From contig NIVC01000785.1 in assembly GCA_002269645.1 (NCBI GenBank), positions 124,001-188,000 of the forward strand: a stretch of DNA of 64,000 nucleotides, written 5' to 3'. How positions within the stretch are numbered: the stretch's first letter is position 1; each line of letters begins with the position of its first letter. Shown piece after piece: positions 54,770-64,000 of this stretch. Under the pieces are notes generated by a model. It had not been told where the DNA came from, made no database searches, and saw only the letters and a list, made by a program, of their open reading frames with translations. Both the position numbers and the translations under genes were made by a program. This stretch comes from Macrostomum lignano. Lineage: Eukaryota.

Positions 54770-56945
54770 GCTTCTATGATTTTTTCATGACGCTTCTATG
54801 ATTTTAACATGACGCTTCTATGATTTTTTCATGACGCTTCTATGATTGTTTACATGACGCTTCTATGATTTTTTACATGACGCTTCTATGATTTTTATAT
54901 GACGCTTCTACGATTTTTTACATGACGCTTCTATGATTGTTAACATGACGCTTCTATGATTTTTTACATGACGCTTCTATGATTTTTTACATGACGCTTT
55001 TATGATTTTTTACATGACGCTTCTATGATTGTTTACATGACGCTTCTATGATTTTTACATGACGCTTCTATGATTGTTTACATGACGCTTCTATGATTCA
55101 TTACATGACGCTTCTATGAATTATTACATGACGCTTCTATGATTGTTTACATGACGCTTCTATGATTTTTTACATGACGCTTCTATGATTGTTTACATGA
55201 CGCTTCTATGATTTTTATATGACGCTTCTACGATTTTTTACATGACGCTTCTATGATTGTTAACATGACGTTTCTTCTATTTTTCACATGACGCTTCTAT
55301 GATTTTTTACATGACGCTTTTATGATTTTTTACATGACGCTTCTATGATTGTTTACATGACGCTTCTATGATTTTTACATGACGCTTCTATGATTGTTTA
55401 CATGACGCTTCTATGATTCATTACATGACGCTTCTATGATTTATTACATGACGCTTCTATGATTGTTTACATGACGCTTCTATGATTTTTTACATGACGC
55501 TTCTATGATTGTTTACATGACGCTTCTATGATTTTTATATGACGCTTCTACGATTTTTTTACATGACGCTTTTATGATTTTTTACATGACGCTTCTATGA
55601 TTCATTACATGACGCTTCTATGATTTTTAGATGACGCTTCTATGATTTTTTACATGACGCTTCTATGATTGTTTACATGACGCTTCTATGATTGTTTATA
55701 TGACGCTTCTATGATTGTTTACATGACGCTTCTATGATTTTACATGACGCTTCTATAATTTTTTAAATGACGCTTTTATGATTTTTTACATGACGCTTCT
55801 ATGATTGTTTATATGACGCTTCTATGATTTTTTAAATGACGCTTCTATGATTGTTTACATGACGCTTCTATGATTGTTTACATGACGCTTCTATGATTTT
55901 TACATGACGCTTTTATGATTTTTTACATGACGCTTCTATGATTCATTACATGACGCTTCTATCATTTTTTAAAATGACGCTTTTATGATTTTTTACATGA
56001 CGCTTCTATGACTGTTTACATGACGCTTCTATGATTGTTTACATGACGCTTCTATGATTTATTACATGACGCTTCTATGATTGTTTACATGACGCTTCTA
56101 TGATTTTTTACATGACGCTTCTATGATTGTTTACATGACGCTTCTATGATTTTATATGACGCTTCTACGATTTTTTTACATGACGCTTTTATGATTTTTT
56201 ACATGACGCTTCTATGATTCATTACATGACGCTTCTATGATTTTTAGATGACGCTTCTATGATTTTTTACATGACGCTTCTATGATTGTTTACATGACGC
56301 TTCTATGATTGTTTATATGACGCTTCTATGATTGTTTACATGACGCTTCTATGATTTTTACATGACGCTTCTATGATTTTTTAAATGACGCTTCTATGAT
56401 TTTTTACATGACGCTTCTATGATTGTTTATATGACGCTTCTATGATTTTTTAAATGACGCTTCTATGATTGTTTACATGACGCTTCTATGATTGTTTACA
56501 TGACGCTTCTATGATTTTTACATGACGCTTCTATGATTTTTTACATGACGCTTCTATGATTCATTACATGACGCTTCTATCATTTTTTAAAATGACGCTT
56601 TTATGATTTTTTACATGACGCTTCTATGACTGTTTACATGACGCTTCTATGATTGTTTACATGACGCTTCTATGATTTATTACATGACGCTTCTATGATT
56701 GTTTACATGACGCTTCTATGATTTTTTAAATGACGCTTCTACGATTTTTATATGACGCTTCTACGATTTTTTACATGACGCTTTTATGATTGTTTACATG
56801 ACGCTTCTATGATTTTTTAAATGACGCTTCTACGATTTTTATATGACGCTTCTACGATTTTTTACATGACGCTTTTATGATTGTTTACATGACGCTTCTA
56901 TGATTTTTTACATGACGCTTCTATGATTCATTACATGACGCTTCT
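54770..56945. repeat. 22-23 bp satellite inside Helitron copy 2
   Basis: Unit ~TGACGCTTCTATGATTTTTTACA, the reverse complement of the 34780-35785 unit; about twice as long. Confidence 0.96.
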
Positions 56946-57573
56946 TTTTAAAAAGTCTTTTAGTTTTCCTGACGTTGAAAAGCTTTAATTAAAAAAATTA
57001 TACTCTATGAAAATTCGAATCATCGTCGCTGCATTTAGCAGTTCAGTTTGTTCACCTCTAGGCTAGCTCTCGTCGTTTTGATAACATCAAATTTTGCACT
57101 TATATAATTCAACACTTTAAAATCCAAGCATAGAGTAAATCACACGAAGCAGTTATGACATAATCAGTTTCTCAGTCAGTCAGTATCAGTTAACAATATG
57201 GTTACGCAATTTAAATCAAGTCTGGTGCTACGCTTCCACACTGCATTTTCAATTCAAGTCGGAGTTACAATTCAGTTATGATGCAATCTATTTCAGAATC
57301 AGAATTCAACCAGTCAGTTTTTTCTCTAGCATTCTTACAATGCATTTCAAGTCGAAAAGTTTGCTTGACCTTTGCAAAAAAGCATGTTTTTCGAATATTT
57401 AATGCCTTTAGCATCGAGCAATTTCTTAGCCACGATGCATGTACAGTCACGGGAAAATTTCTAATCGAACAGTGCAAGTTCGAACAAAATCGGTCCAGCC
57501 ATTTTTTCTCTAATCGATCACATAGATAGATAGATAGATAGACACAGACAGACCATTTTTAGTATATACGAGT

Positions 57574-59640
57574 GGAACTCCTCCTTCGGAGGAGAAAGGG
57601 GAAGAACTCCCATCACCGGAATTCCATTCCCTGAATTATCCATCAACTGAAATTCCATGTCTTGAATCCCATCTTCCAAATCGTCTCCAAATTCTTTACA
57701 AACCTTTCAAAGACCATAGCTCAAAGACTCTTACGTCTCTCATATCTACTCTCTCCTCTCTTCGCTATTATCGTGACTCGCTTCTCTCTCCTCTCTCTCA
57801 TCTCATCTCTACCCCTACTCTCTTATTTATCTCTACTCCCTTATTTATCTCTTCTCCCTCGTCTTTCGTCTTTCTCTTCTCCCTCTCCTGTCTACTCTCC
57901 TATCTTCTATCTTATCTCTCCCCTTTTCTCTCCTCTCTCATATCTCATCTCTAATCACTTATCTATCGTCTCCGCTCTACTTTCTCTCTTCCCTTTTCTC
58001 TCTTCTCTCTGCTCTCATTTCTCGTATCTCTTATACGCTCTCAACCTCTCCTTTCTTATCTCCCATTTTTCTTCCCTCCTTTCTACTGCATCACCTGTCT
58101 CCTCTCCTCTCTTTTCTCTCCTCTCCATTCTCTCTTCTCTCCTCTCATCTCTCCTCATCTCTTCTTTAATTTCTAATCTCTTCTCTCTCTTATTTTCTCA
58201 CTCATCTCTTTTCGCATTGCATCTCTCATCTCTCCTCTCTCTCTCCTCTCATCTGTACTATCTTATTTATCTCTTCTCCCAGGTCTTTCAAATTTACTCT
58301 CTCCTGTCTCCTCTCTCCCCTCGTCTTTCCTCTCTCATATCTCTTCTCTACTCACTTATCTATTCTCTCTCCTCTGCTCCCCTTTTACACTTTCTTATAT
58401 GCTCTCACTCTCACCCTCCCCTTTCTTATCTGCTGTTTTTACACTCCTTTCTACCACCTGTCTCCTCTCGTTTCTCTCCTCTCTGCACTCTCATCTTTAC
58501 CCTCTTCTTTCTCCTCACTACTTTCTTCTCTTAAACCTCTGATCTCTGATCTTTCATCTCTCTCCTCTCACCTCTCACCTCTCTTCTCTCTTTCCTCTCT
58601 TCTATTGCCTCTGTACGCTCTTATCCCTCCTTTCTTCTCTCTCCTGTCTCCTCTCTGCTATCTCATATCTCCTCTCTCATATCCTCTCTCTTCATCTCCT
58701 CTCTCCTCTTCTCTTCTCTCTCCTTCGTTCCCGCCTTACTCCCCTCTTCTCTCCCATCTGTCATGTCTAATTTCTCTACTCATTTCTACTCTGTTTTCTA
58801 TCATCTCATCTCTCTTCTCTTTTCATTCTTCTCTTTACTCTCTTCTCTGACTGATTGAAGATGCCAAATCTATCAAGATCTTCTCCGCGAAGCAGAAATC
58901 CTGTCCGTGCAACTCAAAACCATCGAAATCCTCTTCGTGAAACTGGACTCCTTCGAAATCCTCTCCGTGAAACTGGACATCATCGAAATCCTCTCCGTGA
59001 AACTGAACACCATCGAAATCCTCTCCACGAAACAGAAATCCTCTCCGTCAAAATTAAAACATTGAAATCGTCTCCGCTAAACTGGACTCAATCGATTTTT
59101 TTCCGTCAAACAACTCAACTCTCCGGATTCATTGGTTAGGGTTAGGGTTAGGGTTAGGGTTAGAACTGCGCACAGCTTCGTGTTAAAAGGCACTGATAAA
59201 AATATTGAACTAATTGAATCAATTCATTGCGCAACTGATTTCACAGTCAGTCAGTCAATCTAAATCAACCCTCCAATACACAGCAGCAGTGAGAAGTTGA
59301 ACCCTCCCCCCAACTTTATCTATTACGTCTCGCAAAACTGATTACAATTTTTGCAAAAAGTTAAAAGTATGGGAATAGTTTTCCCAATGAAAAGCTTTTA
59401 GTTTTCATATATAAAGCAAACAACTTATATCCCAGAACTCAGCGTTGCAAGATCTTTCCAGCAATATAAGTTTCTCCTCTCAAAGTTTAAAACTCGAGGA
59501 ACAGTTAGCGTTTGAAATTTACCGATCTCCCGACTGCTTGCTAGAGAAGCTCGCAATTCATTGAATTTCACTGCTAAGCTAATACACAGGGATGCCTATG
59601 GAGAAAAAAGGCGCCAATAATAAAACCAATTGAATCTCGA
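57574..59640. mobile_element. Dispersed repeat (Helitron/Helentron-like) with terminal hairpin and (TTAGGG)n, copy A
   Basis: Starts AACTCCTCCTTCGGAGGAGAAAGGGGAAGAACTCCCATCACCGGAATTCC, shared with 60443 onward; AAATCCTCTCCGTGAAAC subrepeats; TTAGGG run at 59136-59163; interrupted by a CT-rich block. Superfamily is inference. Confidence 0.6.
57720..58850. repeat. Degenerate polypyrimidine (CT-rich) low-complexity tract
   Basis: ~1.1 kb strongly C/T-biased on the + strand; the 290-aa L/S-rich ORF is a compositional artefact. Confidence 0.9.
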
Positions 59641-59919
59641 CACAGTCCTGATTCCTATCTATCTGTTTACACTGTACAACTGCTATGTACACTCAGCCCA
59701 AGCCCAACCCCCCGTTCTGGGGGAAGCATTAAATTTAACTGAACCCCCCAACACGCGGGGGTTTTATTTCCACTCGCACCCACCACCCCTCAATACACAG
59801 CGGCCCGCGGGCGGAGGTTGGGGTGGCTATTTTTACAAACTGGCTGCAGCCCCAGGCAGAGTGGCCAAAGAAGGTTATTGGGGGTTAAAAAAGCAGTTTT
59901 CTGCTTTTTTAGGGATGTT

Positions 59920-60435
59920 AAAATGTGAAAATTAAAAATTAAAATAGTCTAAAGCCTGATACGGAAAATTTGCAATTTTCCCATATAAGTTTCGACGCTG
60001 ACTTGCAAGTATTGTAGGAGTTCACTTGCAACACACACACACACAGACAAACATCGCGTCGGTTTTAGTATTAGGATTGCAATTTTCCCATATAAGTTTC
60101 GACGCTGACTTGCAAGTATTGTAGGAGTTCACTTGCAACACACACACACACAGACAAACATCGCTAGAGTTTTAGTATTAGGAAGGGATGTTAAAATGTG
60201 AAAATTAAAAATTAAAATAGTCTAAAGCCTGATACGGAAAATTTGCAATTTTCCCATATAAGTTTCGACGCTGACTTGCAAGTATTGTAGGAGTTCACTT
60301 GCAACACACACACACACAGACAAACATCGCTAGAGTTTTAGTATTAGGATTCGACGCTGACTTGCAAGTATTGTAGGAGTTCACTTGCAACACACACACA
60401 CACAGACAAACATCGCTAGAGTTTTAGTATTAGGA
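59920..60435. repeat. Short tandem segmental duplication (four copies of a ~80-125 bp core)
   Basis: TTCGACGCTGACTTGCAAGTATTGTAGGAGTTCACTTGCAACACACAC...GTTTTAGTATTAGGA recurs 4 times. Confidence 0.88.
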
Positions 60436-60442
60436 CGAGGCC

Positions 60443-61540
60443 AACTCCTCCTTCGGAGGAGAAAGGGGAAGAACTCCCATCACCGGAATTCCATTCTCTG
60501 AAATTCATCAGCTGAATCCCATGACCCGAATCCCATCATCCAACTGTTATCCAAATCTATCAAAATCCTTTCCGCGAAACTGAACACCATCGAAATCCTC
60601 TCCGCAAAACAGAAATCCTCTCCGTGAAACTGAAGAACATCGAAATCCTCTCCGCGAAACTGGACTCAATCAAAATTTTCTCCGTCAAAAAGAATAAAAT
60701 ATCAGGATTCATTGGTTAGGGTTAGGGTTAGGGTTAGAGTTTGAGCTGCACAGAGCTGCGACTACAGGGCCCGATAAAAAATTGAGCTAATTGAATGTAT
60801 AGATTGCACAATTTATTTCTCAGTCAGTCAGTATCAGTTTCAGTGAAAGTTAACAAAAATACTGCGCAATCTAAATCAACCCTCTAATACACAGCGACCG
60901 ACACCCCTTTTCAATACGCAGTGGCAGATAGAAATTGAAGCCTCCCCCGCCTAACTGCTCGGGGTTCGGTTGAACGCCATTGAACCCGAAAATGAGTACA
61001 ATCTTTGCAAATCGTTTGTTGGATGCTGTGCTTTAAGTTTTCATATTTAAAGTAAACAACTTATATCCCCGAACTCAGCGTTGAAAGATTTTTCCAGCAA
61101 TATAAATCTCCTCTCTCAAAGTTTAAAACTCAAAGAGAATTTAGCGTTTGAATGATCCCGTTTTAAAGCATTGAAAAATCCAGTGTACGTGCACTGCGTA
61201 CTAAAGAGGCTCGCAAGTTTATTCATTCATTTCACAGGCTGGCTATAACACAGGGCAGCCTATTGAAAGGCAGAGATAATAAAACAAATTTATGGCGCAA
61301 TCAATTTATTTCTCAGTCAGTCAGTAAGAGTCTCAATTAAAATGATCGCGCAATATAAATCAACCCTCCAATACACAGCGACCGCACCCCTCCCCCCCCC
61401 ACTAAAGCACACTGAGCAATTAGAAATTCAACCCTCGAACTTTATCTATTATGTCTCGCAAAAATGAGCACAACTTTAAAAAAAGTTAAAAGTATGAAAA
61501 TAGTTTTTCGAATGCTGCGCCTTTTCTTTTCATATTTGAC
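60443..61540. mobile_element. Dispersed repeat, copy B of the 57574 family
   Basis: Same start with hairpin CTCCTCC-TTCG-GGAGGAG (60445-60462); TTAGGG run at 60716-60737; same downstream CAGTCAGTCAGT...AATCAACCCTC blocks; lacks the CT-rich insert. Confidence 0.6.
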
Positions 61541-61729
61541 TTGACTTGAGAAGCATCAGTTTATATGGAATTCAATCATAGGAGAGTTGAAAAATCAATG
61601 AGCTTTCGCTATTTGGACTGTGTACACTGCGGTGATTCATTTATTTAATCTCAATATTATCTCCAGCCAATCACTCAATATGAAAATCAGTCTATAGCCC
61701 ATGCACCTCCCCAAATGCACAGGGAGAGT

Positions 61730-62429
61730 CTAGGCTTGTGCATTGCACAGTCAGAATTGAAATTAATGAAACCCCTCCCCAGCCACTTAACGTTTTCACA
61801 ATTGAAATCAAGAAATTTTCTATGACAAATTGCTCTGATGCAGTTGAGATTTCGGAACAGAAAATTATACCATTCTGTTCAGTTTTTCAAACTCTTTCCA
61901 ACGGTGTGATTCACTTTTCTGTAGCTTGAAAATTAAAAGCAGAAATTAAGGTGCAAGTTTTCCCGTTTCTTACTTGCAGAGCGCAATGTACACTCTGTGA
62001 TGAGTTAAAAAATCAAGCCATCCATTCTCGCGCAGTGTGCACCTCCACCCCTTTTTAACACTGAGCAAGTAGGCCGCCAATTCTCAAGTGCCGGCGACCC
62101 TCCCCCAGCTAAAATGAAATACACTGCAGAGATAGGAGAAAAGTTGTGGCGCAACCATACAAAATAGCGTCAAGTGGGAAGTCCATGGAATGCGATATAT
62201 AGACATCTGGTCTGGCTGTCTGGTTTGTGCTGTTTTCTGCTTTTTTGAAGCACTTAAAATTGAAATTTGAAAATGAATTTTAAACTGTAGCATCGTCGGG
62301 ACATTTGACATGTTTTGGTACCGGTTTGAAAGTTGAGTTGCAAGAATCCTAGGAGGAGATCGTCGACAAACCCGGCCCACCGGCCCACCCTACCACCGGA
62401 CCACGACGTCAGCTTTAGTATATAGAGGA
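61730..62429 (-). mobile_element. Probable short non-autonomous Helitron
   Basis: Minus-strand 5' A|TCCTCTATATACTAAAGC; 3' hairpin TGTGC-AAT-GCACA then AGC-CTAG (61730-61733). The base after CTAG is A rather than the usual T. Confidence 0.45.
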
Positions 62430-62716
62430 TTGATTACACCTGCCCCAATTGGGCCAGATGTGCTACCGACAGCTCAGCCGCAGCTATTGCGCGGCGCATC
62501 TGAAGGCTGCGTACGGCTGTTCAGTCCAAGGACTGGGGGGAGGCCGGGGGGGGGGGGTCGCCACACACAGCCTCAATTACACCAGCTAATGCTGGCACCC
62601 ATTTCACTCTTGCTCTTGCTCAAGGACACGAATTGTTCCAGTTGGATCGGGAATTGAACCCCCCCTCCCCCACCCACCTTTGAAGTCACGAGTCTGACGC
62701 CCTAACCACTAGGCTG
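62430..62716 (-). mobile_element. tRNA-derived SINE with CORE/V-like central domain
   Basis: Minus-strand head GCCTAGTGGTTAGGGC (A box) ... GGTTCAATTCCC (B box), followed by GTGTCCTTGAGCAAG...AAATGGGT, resembling CORE/V-SINE domains. Confidence 0.7.
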
Positions 62717-64000
62717 CAATCCCCAGCTTTACACAAGAATACACTTCCGAAGTTACATGAAATGAAACGACGCGACACTGAAGATGAGCCTGAATCTTGA
62801 ATTCGGACCCAATGCCAAATTGGCATCCTGTTTTTTCTCCAACCAAGCAGCACACTATGTAATTTAGGTTCCGTAGTTTTAGCAATCCAAACTTCTTTGA
62901 AGTATCAGTAATTTCATAATTATTGCGACTCCTAAGATTTGAAAAACATCTAATCAATTATTAAATTTGAGTGATCTGTAAACATGGAGTCTACAGACTT
63001 CTGCAACTTCATTGAGTCAGAGAGACTCAGCAGTGTAAAGGTTAGGGTAGATGTTGCTATTTTATTTTACATGAACTCGGACCCAGGATACCAAATAGCG
63101 CTATTAATCGGAGGCTTAAATTAAGATTTTTATTTAAAATTAAAACGCCAAGCTCTCATTTAGTAACTCACCTTTGTAAATCAAATTTGTTCAACAAAGA
63201 TGTCAGTAAGATGCAGGCAAAAGTGTCACAAATGAAACAAGAGCAACTAGAACTATTTGCTCTTTAAAAAATGTTATATTTCAGCAACTAGGCGAGCTCA
63301 CTAAATAGATGCCGCACAAAAGAATGCTTGCTAGAGTAGAAATTCAATTTTACTTGATAATAACACTCGCGGACAATAAACTGGGTCGGTCGGGGGATTC
63401 ACAGAGCAGGCGCTCGGGAAGGCGGAGAGAAGGCCAGAGAGAAAAAATGAATATACATACATAAAGACATCTAGACAGAGAAATAGAAGACAGAGAACTG
63501 AACAGCATTTTATTGGCTGGAAAGCAGCTCCTTGTACGCGGTGCAAAATAGGGGGAGAGGGTTTAGAGAGAGGGGGAGAGACTTGTCGCGGGTGACTGAA
63601 ACAGTCAGCCCAAACTAGATGCGGGTCATGCGGGACTGCATTCCAACTCTTGGGGCTACCGCTAGGAGTCGCGAAATTATAATATGAGTAAAGAGCTGAG
63701 CATGACCATAGCTGAAGAGACAAAATAAAAAAACGAATAGAGAACAGGAAAACGAAAGACAAACTAGCATTTGCGGGCAATATAGTTTACAAAATAATAC
63801 CAAATTTGTCTGTTTTACGGTACTGAGAATAGCCGAAATAACCTTCAAACGTACTGACAGGCCAGCAGACCAAAGAGGTTATTGTTAAAAAAAGACCGGA
63901 CGAGTGTACATAAATTCTAATAGTAGTAGATTATATAGTAGTGGGAGCCTACACTCATTAGTCAATTACGAGTTGCTCAAGCCTACAGTAACCTGCAAGC

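Larger units (their letters stand above)
53564..57571 (-). mobile_element. Non-autonomous Helitron with internal satellite and telomeric repeats (copy 2, inverted relative to copy 1)
   Basis: Reverse-complement homolog of 34161-36904. Minus-strand 5' TCGTATATACTAAAAATGGTCTGTC; 3' GCTCCCCAACGGGGGGC...CTAG|T with CTAG at 53564-53567. (CCCTAA)n at 53793-53862; satellite at 54770-56945. Confidence 0.85.

Overview
This is eukaryotic (animal) genomic DNA, not prokaryotic: short GC-rich exons with GT-AG introns, most introns filled by their own minisatellite or (CAGA)n. The style resembles the free-living flatworm Macrostomum (inference, not verified). Genes rebuilt by hand from splice sites and reading phase: a 60-aa single-pass membrane smORF (+, 3514-3696); YKT6 (+, 4139-5478, 4 exons); an SLC5/SMCT-type Na+-solute symporter (+, 7722-12309, 10 exons); a divergent cyclin (-, ~18647-16173, 5' exon not found); intronless CRCP/RPC9 carrying a 1-nt frameshift (+, 29588-29979); intronless dynein light chain Roadblock (+, 30756-31109); a pantothenate-kinase-fold protein lacking its catalytic motifs (-, 40614-33590, 5 exons); and a ROR/HR3-like nuclear receptor with a Cys-to-Leu change in zinc finger II (-, 53445-43618, 6 exons). 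Mobile DNA: two inverted copies of a non-autonomous Helitron carrying a 22-23 bp satellite and (TTAGGG)n, four MITEs with TSDs, two tRNA-derived SINEs, an RNase H LINE fragment and further Helitron-like repeats. There is no CRISPR, rRNA or true tRNA gene. The best leads are the pseudo-PanK, the atypical nuclear receptor, possible SL-trans-spliced operons and the telomere/satellite-carrying Helitron pair. All protein comparisons are from memory of the families; no searches were run.
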